Notes: generated by a model from the sequence alone, not told the origin. DNA of 32,000 nt from Candidatus Nanopusillus sp. (GCA_049414405.1 JBMSAQ010000008.1:25505-57504); one strand, 5' to 3'; positions 1 through 8,976 are shown, counted from the first letter of the stretch. Program-made: numbers and translations.

Positions 1-853
1 AAACTAAAAATGATGAAATAATTGGTATAACATCTTCATTAGAGAATTTTATTGGATAAACCATTCCAAGAATTCCAGTAAATATTGTAAAACTTGCAAT
101 TGCTTCTCCCGAGATTGATGCCATACTAATATTGAGATCTTTATTTTTAAACCAAGCAAAATGACCATATAATATATCGGGTAATGTGAATAAAACCAAA
201 GCCATAGCATAACCAATCAATGGTATGGATAAGTCTAATTGTTGTAAGGTGTTTGAGATATTATTTAAAATACCTCCACCAACATATATTATCGATATTG
301 CTAGAGCAATTTCCAAGGAGAAAACTATTGCTTTAAAATATTCATAAAATGAACTTTTCGTTATATATGTAGTATTTTCATTCCTTTTCCAATACTTATA
401 AAATAAAAATATTGAAATTATAATGAATATAGCGTATAAAATAGATCCAAAAAGAAAATTTATCTCTTTAAACATTAATACAATAACATGTGCTATTATT
501 GAAATCATAATTAAGGAGAGTACATTACTGTCAAGCATTCCCTTTCCAAAATTGAATGCTAATATAAATGCACCTAGGGCAATCGTATAATCTAATACTA
601 CATTATATAATAAAAAATAATACCCCAACTTTGAATTTTCAGATAATGCTAATGATAAGGCTGGTAAAAATGATTGCAAAGCAGAAGCCATTCCTGCTGT
701 ATATATTAATAAATAATGTTTTGGCAATGCAGAATAGTATTTTGAATATTTATCAACGTATTTTAATATAATATTTTCGGATAAATATATTAAAAAAGCG
801 TATATAAGTAAAGGTATGAATGTTGATATGATAATTATTGAATAAATTGTCAT
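1..853 (-). CDS. Multi-pass integral membrane protein, N-terminal part only (C-terminus lies beyond position 1)
   Basis: Absent from the ORF track because it runs off the window edge. ATG at 853..851 opens a stop-free frame down to position 2 (284 codons; MTIYSIIIISTFIPLLIYAFLIYLSEN...GAFILAFNFGKGML...IAHVIVLMFKE...). The protein is a series of ~20-aa hydrophobic segments. A TATA-like ggtttaataatc lies ~27 nt upstream. Family not recognised. Confidence 0.55.
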   Translation of the reverse strand, partial: MTIYSIIIISTFIPLLIYAFLIYLSENIILKYVDKYSKYYSALPKHYLLIYTAGMASALQSFLPALSLALSENSKLGYYFLLYNVVLDYTIALGAFILAFNFGKGMLDSNVLSLIMISIIAHVIVLMFKEINFLFGSILYAIFIIISIFLFYKYWKRNENTTYITKSSFYEYFKAIVFSLEIALAISIIYVGGGILNNISNTLQQLDLSIPLIGYAMALVLFTLPDILYGHFAWFKNKDLNISMASISGEAIASFTIFTGILGMVYPIKFSNEDVIPIISSFLV

Positions 854-889
854 AAAAGATTAATAATTATAAAGGTTTAATAATCTTTT

Positions 890-1405
890 ATGGATGATTG
901 TGTATACTGTAAAATCGCAAATAAAATATCACCATCCTACATTTTATATGAAGACAGTGATATTATATGTGTATTAGATATTTTGCCACCATCAAAAGGG
1001 TCTTTTTTAATATTTCCAAAATTACATATAGAGGATTATACAATTTTAAGTGATGAAATAAATCAAAAAATGATTACGATTGCAAAATATATATCAATAA
1101 TATTGAAAAATAAATTGAAATTTGACGGATTAAATATTTTATTATACTCTGGAGAAACTGGTCAAAGATACAAACATATTGTTGTTCAAGTAATATCTAG
1201 GTTTAAAGATGATAACATTAGAATATCTTTCAATAGATTTAGAGAAGATTCCTCTTTTTTAGAAGAATTAAAAAATTATATAACTGCAGAATTAATAAAA
1301 ATGAGTCAGAGCTATTTAAGTTCTGAAAAAAAGGAAGAAAAGAAAGAAACTAAAAAGGATATGGATTATAAATTATTAAACCAGTGGTTTGAAAAAAGAA
1401 TATAA
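890..1405 (+). CDS. HIT-fold (histidine triad family) protein with a degenerate triad and a K/E-rich C-terminal tail
   Basis: N-terminal CVYCKI...YEDSDIICVLDILPPSKGSFLIFPKLH and GETGQRYKHIVVQVISRF align with the canonical HIT pattern C.FC.I...YED...AFLDI.P...GH.LV.PK.H ... GQ.V.H.H.H..PR. The HxHxH triad reads H-I-V-V-Q here. Confidence 0.65.
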   Translation: MDDCVYCKIANKISPSYILYEDSDIICVLDILPPSKGSFLIFPKLHIEDYTILSDEINQKMITIAKYISIILKNKLKFDGLNILLYSGETGQRYKHIVVQVISRFKDDNIRISFNRFREDSSFLEELKNYITAELIKMSQSYLSSEKKEEKKETKKDMDYKLLNQWFEKRI

Positions 1406-1429
1406 ATAAATATTTCAAAAAATTATTTT

Positions 1430-3160
1430 ATGGCGGATCTTAAGGATGATATATTGAATAGTGAATATAAAGATAGAATAATTGGAATAATAGAATTTAA
1501 AGAAAAGAAAGATAATATACTGAATTTATTGAAAGAATTAATTTATTATAGTTCTATAATAGTAAGGGAAGATTTATTTGAAAAATATAAAAGAGAAATA
1601 GAAGTATATAAACATTGGGTAATAATTTTATCAGATTTTGATTTAAATTCGGAAGAAAAAATAAAATTAAAAGCATCATTTTTGGAAAAATATTTACAAA
1701 AGATAAAAAATGAAAAGTTAGATATATGGTTACATGTTTTATTGATTGAAGATATAAAAAATATTGCAATGGATTCAAGATTTGAATTATTGGATTTATT
1801 AGCAATTGGAAATGCAATATATGATAAGGGAATATTTGAAATATTTAAGTTAACAAGTATTCATAAAAAATTAATAATCGATATACTACAAAGATATGTT
1901 GTTGCATACGTTTTAGCAGGTTCTCAGGTAAAAGGAAAAAGTATCGAATCTTCCGATATAGATGTATATGTTGTAATTGATGATACTGACGTTAAACAAC
2001 ACACATTTGAAGAATTAAAAATAAAATTGATGGATTTAATAATAAGTAAAGCAATGGAAGTAAAAATATTAGTTAATTCTAATAAAGAATTGCACCCACA
2101 GGTTTATACTTTAACAGAGTTCTGGTTAGCAATGTCAGAATCAAATCCTGTAATAATTACATTCTTAAGAGATGGAATACCTTTATATGATAGAGGAATG
2201 TTTATTGCATGGAAACAACTATTATTAAAAGGAATTATAAAACCATCACAAGAAGCCGCTAATAAATACATAATTGCTGCAGAGAATACATTGAAAGAGG
2301 CTAGAAATAAATTGAAAAATATGATAAATAATTTAATAGTTGAAGATTTGGCAGTTGCAATGGTTACATCTGCCCAGGCAGTAATAATGGATTATGGTTT
2401 ACTACCAGGAGATCCAAAAGAAACTCCAGAGATGTTAAAAAAATTATTCGTAGATAGAGGAATATTAAATATGGAGTATGTGAATATATTATCTGAAGTA
2501 TGGAAAATGAGAAAAGATTTTGAATATGGTAAGGTAAGTGAATATAAATATGAAGATTTAATGAAAGTATTTGAAAAAGCTGAAAAATTTATATCCGAAA
2601 TGAAAAATATAAAGCAAATTATTGATAAAGAAAACGAAAAGAAAATAATAGATAATTATATATTGATTTATGAAGAACTAAAAGTAAAGTTTCAAGACCT
2701 ATTTGATATTGAATATAATAATTACGTGAAAGAAAAAATGCCAATAGAATATGGTGGATTAGAAAATTTGGAAAATAATATTAAAAATTATAAAGAGAAG
2801 AAGTATGATATAGTCGAATTGGAAAAATTAAAGGAATTATTATTGTATCATATTAGAAATATAAGAAATTTAATTGAGAATAAGAGAGAAGAATTATTAT
2901 TAAGGTTTAAATATTCTATAATAGATAAAGAAAAAAACAAAAGTTATGATCTATATCTGTTAAAATCTAAATTATACATAGTAACAGAAAATGGAATTGA
3001 TGTATATGATTATAACGGGAATAAGATTGGTACATTTAATGATCTAAAATATAAGGAAGAAATGATTAAAGATATTAGTAAGGAAGGTTTAAATTATATA
3101 GATAGTAATGTTATTGGTATGTTAAATAAAATATTTAAAGATTATTATATATCAAAATAG
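1430..3160 (+). CDS. Pol-beta-superfamily nucleotidyltransferase domain fused to a HEPN-like helical domain, with long N- and C-terminal helical extensions
   Basis: Minimal NTase motif AGSQVKGKSIESSDIDVYVVIDD (GS-x10-DxD, then a downstream acidic pair). It is followed by a helical region ending in MRKDFEYGKVSEYKYEDLMKVFEKAEKFI, which resembles the R..a.Y...a..f signature of non-RNase HEPN domains. The C-terminal ~170 aa are K/E/N-rich coiled coil. Confidence 0.55.
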   Translation: MADLKDDILNSEYKDRIIGIIEFKEKKDNILNLLKELIYYSSIIVREDLFEKYKREIEVYKHWVIILSDFDLNSEEKIKLKASFLEKYLQKIKNEKLDIWLHVLLIEDIKNIAMDSRFELLDLLAIGNAIYDKGIFEIFKLTSIHKKLIIDILQRYVVAYVLAGSQVKGKSIESSDIDVYVVIDDTDVKQHTFEELKIKLMDLIISKAMEVKILVNSNKELHPQVYTLTEFWLAMSESNPVIITFLRDGIPLYDRGMFIAWKQLLLKGIIKPSQEAANKYIIAAENTLKEARNKLKNMINNLIVEDLAVAMVTSAQAVIMDYGLLPGDPKETPEMLKKLFVDRGILNMEYVNILSEVWKMRKDFEYGKVSEYKYEDLMKVFEKAEKFISEMKNIKQIIDKENEKKIIDNYILIYEELKVKFQDLFDIEYNNYVKEKMPIEYGGLENLENNIKNYKEKKYDIVELEKLKELLLYHIRNIRNLIENKREELLLRFKYSIIDKEKNKSYDLYLLKSKLYIVTENGIDVYDYNGNKIGTFNDLKYKEEMIKDISKEGLNYIDSNVIGMLNKIFKDYYISK

Positions 3161-3162
3161 AG

Positions 3163-3507
3163 ATGAAGGGTATAATATTAAATTATAGGATGGGTAGGCA
3201 TCATATATATCCAAATCAAGTAATAGTAAAATTTGAAAATATAAATAATAAGTATGAGGCAAGTAAGTATATTGGAAAGCATGTGATATGGGTAAGTCCT
3301 GGAAAGAAAATTTTTATTGGAAAAATTGTTGATACACATGGAAATAAGGGTAATTTAAGGGTTAGATTTAATAAAGGAATACCAGGACAAGCTTTAGGAG
3401 ATATTGTTTTATTAATTGATAATATAAATAAAGTAAAAGAAATAAAGGAAAAAATAAAAAATGCAAAAGATATAAATCAGATAAGGAGTATTTTAATTAA
3501 TGCTTAA
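3163..3507 (+). CDS. rpl35ae: Large-subunit ribosomal protein eL33 (L35Ae)
   Basis: MKGIILNYRMGRHH..., ASKYIGKHVIWVSPGKKIFIGKIVDTHGNKGNLRVRFNKGIPGQALGDIV closely matches the archaeal L35Ae pattern (G.vl.yrR......EA..liG..V.w....GK...GKI...HG..G.vrarF.kGlPgqAlG..v). It carries a ~25-aa K-rich C-terminal extension. Confidence 0.8.
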   Translation: MKGIILNYRMGRHHIYPNQVIVKFENINNKYEASKYIGKHVIWVSPGKKIFIGKIVDTHGNKGNLRVRFNKGIPGQALGDIVLLIDNINKVKEIKEKIKNAKDINQIRSILINA

Positions 3508-4171
3508 ATTTACTAGAACTGAAGGTTTAATATTTTTTAATAAAATTTTAGTTATTTCTGATTTACATATAGGGATTGAAAAAGAATTGTATAAAAAAGG
3601 GATAAATATACCATCTCAGGTGAATTATTATATAAATAAAATAAGGAAAATATATGAAAAACATAATTTAAAATATTTGATTATTGATGGGGATTTAAAA
3701 CATAATGTACCTGAAACGAGTTTACAAGAGATTTTTGATATCCCTTATTTTATAAATGAAATTTCCCAATATTTCAAGAAAATATATATAATAAAGGGAA
3801 ATCATGATGGTGATATTGAAGATTTAATTACTGGGATAAATAATGTTAAAATTTTAAAGGCATTAAAGATAAAAAATGTTGTATTTACTCATGGACATTT
3901 AAATACAAAATTAAAGGGGAAATATTATGTTATTGGACATCATCATTTTGCAAAAATTATATCTACAAGTATTGGAGAAAGTATATATGAAAAGGTTTTT
4001 ATAATTGGATATAAAGGTAATAAAGTAATTATAATTTTACCTGCATTTTCTGATTTGGCTGGATTATGGGATGTTGGAGAATTTCAAGGTCCGATTGCAA
4101 AGGGAATAGAAAAATATGAAGTATACACATTGGATGGAATATTAATTGAGGAAAAAGAAATTAAAAATTAG
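3500..4171 (+). CDS. Calcineurin-like metallophosphoesterase (archaeal SbcD/Mre11-related small phosphoesterase type)
   Basis: Ordered metallophosphoesterase motifs: ISDLHIG, IIDGDLKH, KGNHD, FTHGH, IGHHH. It overlaps rpl35ae by 8 nt. An SD-like aaggag sits 11 nt upstream of the ATG. Confidence 0.7.
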   Translation: MLKFTRTEGLIFFNKILVISDLHIGIEKELYKKGINIPSQVNYYINKIRKIYEKHNLKYLIIDGDLKHNVPETSLQEIFDIPYFINEISQYFKKIYIIKGNHDGDIEDLITGINNVKILKALKIKNVVFTHGHLNTKLKGKYYVIGHHHFAKIISTSIGESIYEKVFIIGYKGNKVIIILPAFSDLAGLWDVGEFQGPIAKGIEKYEVYTLDGILIEEKEIKN

Positions 4172-4185
4172 GGTTTAATATTCTT

Positions 4186-4815
4186 TTATCTCCCTCTGAC
4201 AATTTTATTTTCTTCATTAATTATCTTTTCTTCTTCTTTTATATACTTTTTTAACTTATTTATCATGTTTTTTTCTTCATTAATTAATTTTTTTAATTTT
4301 TTTAAATCTCTAATTATAGCTTCATTTTTAATCTCTTTCTCTAAGTTCTCTAATAGTCGATGTTTTTCATTATAAATATGGGCAATTTCATTAAGAATTC
4401 TGTTTTCTTGGGCATGTTTTTCTGCTGCAGCTAATATTTCTGATTTTATTTTTTCAAGTTCATGTTTTTTAAATGATAAACCTTTTTGCTCGGCTCTATG
4501 TATTTCTTCATTGTAAGCGTTTAATACTTTTTCTAATGATCTTATTTCATTTGCTATATGTACACGTAAGCTATAGAGTATGTTGGCTTCCTTATCTATA
4601 TTTGCTGAAAGTTCACAAAATTTTCTACCCAATTCATTACCTAAAAGATTATGATAAGCTTGATTATGACAATAACTTCTTATATATTTTTGTCTTTCTA
4701 AATTATTTTGTAATTTTGTTAAAATTGCAAAAAGTTCTTTTCTTTCATTTCTTATTTTTTTATTTAAATTTTTTAATGTGTTCTTAGCTCTATTAAGGAA
4801 GTTCTTGAGTACCAT
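4186..4815 (-). CDS. Hypothetical all-helical coiled-coil protein (209 aa)
   Basis: Long ORF with its own TATA-like box (rc tttataat centred ~26 nt upstream of the ATG at 4815). Heptad-like K/E/L/N/I composition throughout. No recognisable catalytic motif. Confidence 0.55.
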   Translation of the reverse strand: MVLKNFLNRAKNTLKNLNKKIRNERKELFAILTKLQNNLERQKYIRSYCHNQAYHNLLGNELGRKFCELSANIDKEANILYSLRVHIANEIRSLEKVLNAYNEEIHRAEQKGLSFKKHELEKIKSEILAAAEKHAQENRILNEIAHIYNEKHRLLENLEKEIKNEAIIRDLKKLKKLINEEKNMINKLKKYIKEEEKIINEENKIVRGR

Positions 4816-4939
4816 ATTTTAGTAGGAGATCTTGGAAATTATAAATTTTTATATAGGAAGATTTTATTTACTTATCTAAACTATTTTTAAATAAGTTAAA
4901 TCACGATTTATAAAATAATAATTAGATATATACATATCT

Positions 4940-6088
4940 ATGAAGTATAATTTAAATAAAGAGATAGAAGAATTGTTCTTTGAAAGATTTAAGGATTTTA
5001 ATCCAATTCAAAAAATAGCAATTCCTGAAATATTAAATGGAAATAATACTTTAATTATTGCCCCCACAGGATCTGGAAAAACAGAAGCTGCAATATTACC
5101 TGTATTCTCAAAAATATTAGAATTAAAGGAAAAAGGAATTGAAAACCAATTATTGGGGATTTATATAACACCATTAAGGGCATTGAATAGAGATATATTG
5201 GATAGAATAAAATGGTGGTGTGATAATTTGGGTATATCTGTTGCAATTAGACACGGAGATACAGAAGAAAAAGAGAGGGTAAGATTATCTAGAAAACCTG
5301 TAGAATTTTTGATAACGACTCCAGAAACTTTTCAAGTATTATTTTTAGGAAAAAGATTAAGAGAACAGTTGAAAACGGTAAAATATGTTATTATAGATGA
5401 ATTACATGAATTATTAAATGAAAAAAGAGGAATACAATTATCTTTAGGTTTAGAAAGATTGGTAAATTATGCTGGAGAATTTCAGAGGATTGCGTTATCT
5501 GCAACAATAGGTGATTTAGATGAAGCTTCAAAATTTATTTTTGGATATAGGAATTATAAAGTTGCATATTGGTATGCGGAGAAAAAATATCATATAGAAG
5601 TATATTATCCAAAAATTAGTGAAGAAGATTTGGAATTGGCAAGGAAATATAATTGGAATCCAAAAATAGCATGGAGTTTAAGGAAAATTAAAGAAATATT
5701 AGATAAACATAGATCTGTAATAATATTTGTAAATACAAGAGAAATGGCGGAATTATTATCTTCAAGATTCAAGGTTTGGCTACCTGAATATAAAATTGAA
5801 ATACATCATAGTTCTTTATCAAGAGAAGTAAGAGAAAGAAACGAAAGATTATTTAAGGAAGGTAAAATTAAAGCAATTATTGCAACATCTTCTTTAGAAC
5901 TTGGTATAGATATTGGATATGTTGATGCTGTTATTCAATATAATTCGCCTAGACAAGTTACAAGATTGATACAAAGGATTGGAAGGGCTGGTCATAAATT
6001 ACATGAAGTATCCATTGGATATATAATTACAACAGATGTGGATGATTATGCAGAGAGTTTAGCGATTAAAAAATTTGTTTTAGAATAA
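4940..6088 (+). CDS. Lhr-like superfamily-2 DEAD/DEAH helicase, two-RecA-domain core only (382 aa)
   Basis: Motifs seen: Q (FNPIQKIAI), I (APTGSGKT), Ia (YITPLRALNRD), Ib (TTPE), II (DELHELLNEKRGIQLSLGLERL, Lhr-style), III (SAT), VI (QRIGRAGH). The ORF ends ~30 aa after motif VI. Confidence 0.75.
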   Translation: MKYNLNKEIEELFFERFKDFNPIQKIAIPEILNGNNTLIIAPTGSGKTEAAILPVFSKILELKEKGIENQLLGIYITPLRALNRDILDRIKWWCDNLGISVAIRHGDTEEKERVRLSRKPVEFLITTPETFQVLFLGKRLREQLKTVKYVIIDELHELLNEKRGIQLSLGLERLVNYAGEFQRIALSATIGDLDEASKFIFGYRNYKVAYWYAEKKYHIEVYYPKISEEDLELARKYNWNPKIAWSLRKIKEILDKHRSVIIFVNTREMAELLSSRFKVWLPEYKIEIHHSSLSREVRERNERLFKEGKIKAIIATSSLELGIDIGYVDAVIQYNSPRQVTRLIQRIGRAGHKLHEVSIGYIITTDVDDYAESLAIKKFVLE

Positions 6089-6113
6089 AGTTATATTAAA
6101 AAGGTATAAAATT

Positions 6114-7871
6114 TTAGGACCAGCGATAATGGAAGGACCATTGATGGGGGAAATTCTGCCCTTGCCTGCATTTATCGGAGATTTTCGTTTGATAATTTTC
6201 TATATATTTTTCTAATTTTTTTCTTAAGAGTGGGTATATAGGACTGCCTCTAGAATATTGACTAAAAAAAGAATTTATATCGCGCATAATTTTATTATAA
6301 ATGTCATAAAATTTCCTACAATTTTCTGGGACATTTTCATTACACTCAATATTACTAGATATATTTTCAAGATCTTTAATATCATCCTTAATTAAAGATA
6401 TGAAGTTGCTAAAGCTCTCTAATCCATCAGCGAGTTCATTATAACGCCCATAAATTTTCTGGAATTCTTCTAGAGAGGCATCTACCATACTTTTAAGTCG
6501 ATTGTATGCATCGGGCATGGAATTACGTAATTTAGAGAGTTTACTTTCAGCCTCTCGATATTTTTTGTCAAATTTTTCTTTATGATTTTTCATTTTACTC
6601 TTAATATTTTTAACCCCATCTTTTAGCTTGTTATCCATTATATCTGAAATATTTAAATTTTTAATAGTATTTTCGAAATTTTCAAGGTCTGTTTGGGCGC
6701 CTTTTATATGTCCTTTCAATTCTTTAATTATATCTTTTTCGACATTTTCTTTGAGCCACCTACTTAATATTCTTTTTAAATCTTCATTTTGTAAGTATCT
6801 ATGTGTATATACAGTATCAACTTCTCGTTTTATATTGTCTATCTTTTCTTCTGTTTCTTTTAAAATCCCCAATATCTTTGATCTTATTGGCTCATTATAC
6901 TGTCGTTCTATAAGCCTATATAAATTATTAAATTTTTCTTTGATCATATTATACTCTAAGATAAAATTCTTATAATTATCTTTAATTTCTCTTGACAGAT
7001 TAATTAGGTCTTGTACATTTCCTTTATCTAATTTCTTACTCATCTTTAAATTATTTAGTAAACTATTTATTTTATGAACCTTACTTATAATACCAAAATT
7101 TTCATCTTTTGCCACCTTTTCAAATAAATCGATTATTTTTTTGGCCTCTTCTTGAATTTCTCTAGGCACTTCTTGAATTTCTTGTGGTTTTTTTGATCCT
7201 TTTATGATATGATAAAGGCTATCAAGATCTTTTTTTATTTTGTTGATATATTGTGAGAATTCTTTATGTACTCTAATACCAAGAATAAATAATATAATAA
7301 AAAGTATAAATAAGATGATAAAATAAGCCGTTGAAGATAAAAATTCTTTAAGACTATCATTAACCAATATGACAAATAGAAAAACAATAGCAACAACAAA
7401 TCCTATAATACTTCCTGTAATACCATGAAAGAATTTATACGATCCAACAATTATTAATATAATTGTAAAAATAATGGCAAGTACAATAATTACAGAATGA
7501 AAAAATACTGTAGCAAGAAAAGCCATAATGAGATAAAGTAGAAGTAAAGGTCTACTTATTTCTATGTTAGCCCCGTTCTTCTTGGCTTCATGTGTTAAAA
7601 AGAAAAGTACTAAAAAAACAAATAGAAAAGGAATTGCATAATTTATAAAGTAATAAATAAATTTATCTATGTTTTGTTTTATTATCTCTGAAAATGATGC
7701 AGTATTTGTAGAATGGGTAGAAGAAGGTATAAGATTAGATAATTGTTGGTTGGCTTGAGAAACAATCTGACTTAAATCTACTGTAGTTTGAGCATAAACG
7801 TTTATACTTCCTAATAGGATTAAAGTTAATAAAATTAGTAAGTATCTAATATAATTGTTAATTTTCTTCAT
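6114..7871 (-). CDS. Membrane-anchored coiled-coil protein: signal peptide, ~5 TM helices, ~370-aa helical C-terminal domain
   Basis: N-terminus MKKINNYIRYLLILLTLILLGSINVYA/QTT looks like a signal peptide. Hydrophobic segments span aa ~75-200. The remainder is K/E/N/I-rich and helical. A TATA-like box lies at 7891..7904. The last ~20 codons (CRQGQNFPHQWSFHYRWS) overlap a GC-rich island and are compositionally atypical. Confidence 0.6.
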   Translation of the reverse strand: MKKINNYIRYLLILLTLILLGSINVYAQTTVDLSQIVSQANQQLSNLIPSSTHSTNTASFSEIIKQNIDKFIYYFINYAIPFLFVFLVLFFLTHEAKKNGANIEISRPLLLLYLIMAFLATVFFHSVIIVLAIIFTIILIIVGSYKFFHGITGSIIGFVVAIVFLFVILVNDSLKEFLSSTAYFIILFILFIILFILGIRVHKEFSQYINKIKKDLDSLYHIIKGSKKPQEIQEVPREIQEEAKKIIDLFEKVAKDENFGIISKVHKINSLLNNLKMSKKLDKGNVQDLINLSREIKDNYKNFILEYNMIKEKFNNLYRLIERQYNEPIRSKILGILKETEEKIDNIKREVDTVYTHRYLQNEDLKRILSRWLKENVEKDIIKELKGHIKGAQTDLENFENTIKNLNISDIMDNKLKDGVKNIKSKMKNHKEKFDKKYREAESKLSKLRNSMPDAYNRLKSMVDASLEEFQKIYGRYNELADGLESFSNFISLIKDDIKDLENISSNIECNENVPENCRKFYDIYNKIMRDINSFFSQYSRGSPIYPLLRKKLEKYIENYQTKISDKCRQGQNFPHQWSFHYRWS

Positions 7872-7890
7872 TTTACGTTTATAGTATTTT

Positions 7891-7904
7891 GGAATTTATA
7901 AAAG
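7891..7904 (-). promoter_or_regulatory. TATA-like box for the 6114..7871 gene
   Basis: The minus strand reads cttttataaattcc, centred ~27 nt upstream of the ATG at 7871. The same tttataaat-type motif recurs at the same distance before other genes in the window. Confidence 0.45.
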
Positions 7905-8147
7905 TTGTTTCTCCAGAATAGTAAATATATCCATAACGATTATTTATGAGAACTTAGCCTATATTATAACTTATATTTTTCAGCATTTTATTGTTGTTAT
8001 TATATAAAAATTACTGAAGTATCTCACAAATTAAATTGATAATATTTATATTCTAAAAATTTTTTAAAGTATGTTTTTCTCCATTAATTATCTAGAAGTG
8101 AAAATTTATCCAATGCAAAAAATTATGGTATTCTTTCTAAAATATCA

Positions 8148-8157
8148 CTTATAAATT
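8148..8157 (+). promoter_or_regulatory. TATA-like box for the 8179 gene
   Basis: cttataaatt centred ~26 nt upstream of the ATG at 8179. Confidence 0.45.
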
Positions 8158-8178
8158 ACAAAGTACTACTTAAATAAA

Positions 8179-8949
8179 ATGGTTTATAAAGTTGTTGTAG
8201 ATTTGATTAAAGCAGCAGAAAAGCATTTAGAAAATGTAGAAAGAATAGAACTTGATTTAGCTGGGAGGAGAGTACTTGGAAATCCCGAAATATCTAGAGA
8301 AATATCTAGAGAAATTGGAGAAGTCAAAAAATATGTACAATTGATAAAAAATATTGATAAAGAATTTAATGAAATAGACAAAAAATTCAAAGAGATAATG
8401 GGAGGATGTACCAATAAATATCATAAATTATTGGAAGAATTAAAAAGAAATAGATTAGAAAATACGGATTTATATAGAAGGGTTAAGAAGATTCATGATA
8501 TATGCGAATTTCTACATAAGAATGGATTAGGTTCTGATAAATTATTTTATGAAGGAGTTTCTATCATATCTAGTGAATCAACTAACATAAAAAGAGAAAT
8601 AGGGAGTATAATAACAAGTGGAAAACTTAATAGATATGTAATAAATAAGAATTTAATAGATGACATTAAGAAAATATTTGGAGAAATAAATACAGAAGTA
8701 AGTAAAAACCTTGAGATACAAGTAACAAATAAAATTGTAGAAATTGATAATAATATAAAGAATTTAATAGATAGAATCAAGAAAATATATGGTCATATAA
8801 AGAATTATGAAAATATATATAAGAATATAGCAAAAGCTGAGAAAGATTTACATGAAGAAATCGTAAAATTAGAGAAATTACATGGAGAGATTAGACCTTT
8901 AGGTGCAGCATTGGCTAATCTTGAAAAGTATATAGCTTTAAGACATTAA
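8179..8949 (+). CDS. Hypothetical coiled-coil protein (256 aa), probable paralog of 9009..9722
   Basis: Helical K/E/I/N-rich ORF with its own TATA-like box. The segments FKEIMGGCTNKYHKLLEEL and ICEFLHKNGLGSD line up with FDGIMNDFNSHYRTFVDRI and ITYITSHGIHSVD in the next ORF. Confidence 0.55.
   Translation: MVYKVVVDLIKAAEKHLENVERIELDLAGRRVLGNPEISREISREIGEVKKYVQLIKNIDKEFNEIDKKFKEIMGGCTNKYHKLLEELKRNRLENTDLYRRVKKIHDICEFLHKNGLGSDKLFYEGVSIISSESTNIKREIGSIITSGKLNRYVINKNLIDDIKKIFGEINTEVSKNLEIQVTNKIVEIDNNIKNLIDRIKKIYGHIKNYENIYKNIAKAEKDLHEEIVKLEKLHGEIRPLGAALANLEKYIALRH
8288..8311 (+). repeat. In-frame 12-nt tandem repeat (gaaatatctaga x2, plus a partial third copy)
   Basis: Direct reading: gaaatatctaga gaaatatctaga gaaatt, encoding EISR-EISR-EI inside the 8179 ORF. 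Confidence 0.85.
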
Positions 8950-8970
8950 AGTATATAGCTTTAAGACATT
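8925..8970 (+). repeat. Perfect 23-bp tandem duplication spanning the stop codon of the 8179..8949 ORF
   Basis: aaagtatatagctttaagacatt occurs at 8925..8947 and is repeated exactly at 8948..8970. The stop codon taa (8947..8949) is created at the junction. Confidence 0.9.
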
Positions 8971-8976
8971 TCTTAC

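Noticed and set aside
10-16. atgatga (C-box-like) near the window start
   Set aside because: No D' or D box (ctga) occurs at guide-length spacing downstream, and it lies inside the partial membrane-protein CDS.
568-771. 67-aa plus-strand ORF from the track
   Set aside because: It lies entirely antisense to the long stop-free minus-strand membrane-protein frame (1..853). It is low-complexity, AT-driven sequence with no promoter-like box at the right distance.
874-890. 17-mer ggtttaataatctttta, recurring with one mismatch at 4172..4188 (ggtttaatattctttta)
   Set aside because: I considered a dispersed repeat or shared regulatory element. With this AT bias, one 16/17 match in 32 kb over both strands is about what chance predicts. 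The contexts also differ: one is a promoter region, the other a convergent 3' junction.
4186-4815. Possible PspA/ESCRT-III-like identity of the 209-aa helical protein
   Set aside because: Only a vague resemblance of the N-terminal amphipathic helix (MVLKNFLNRAKNTLKNLNKKI) and overall size. I cannot align any conserved family positions by eye, so I left it as hypothetical.
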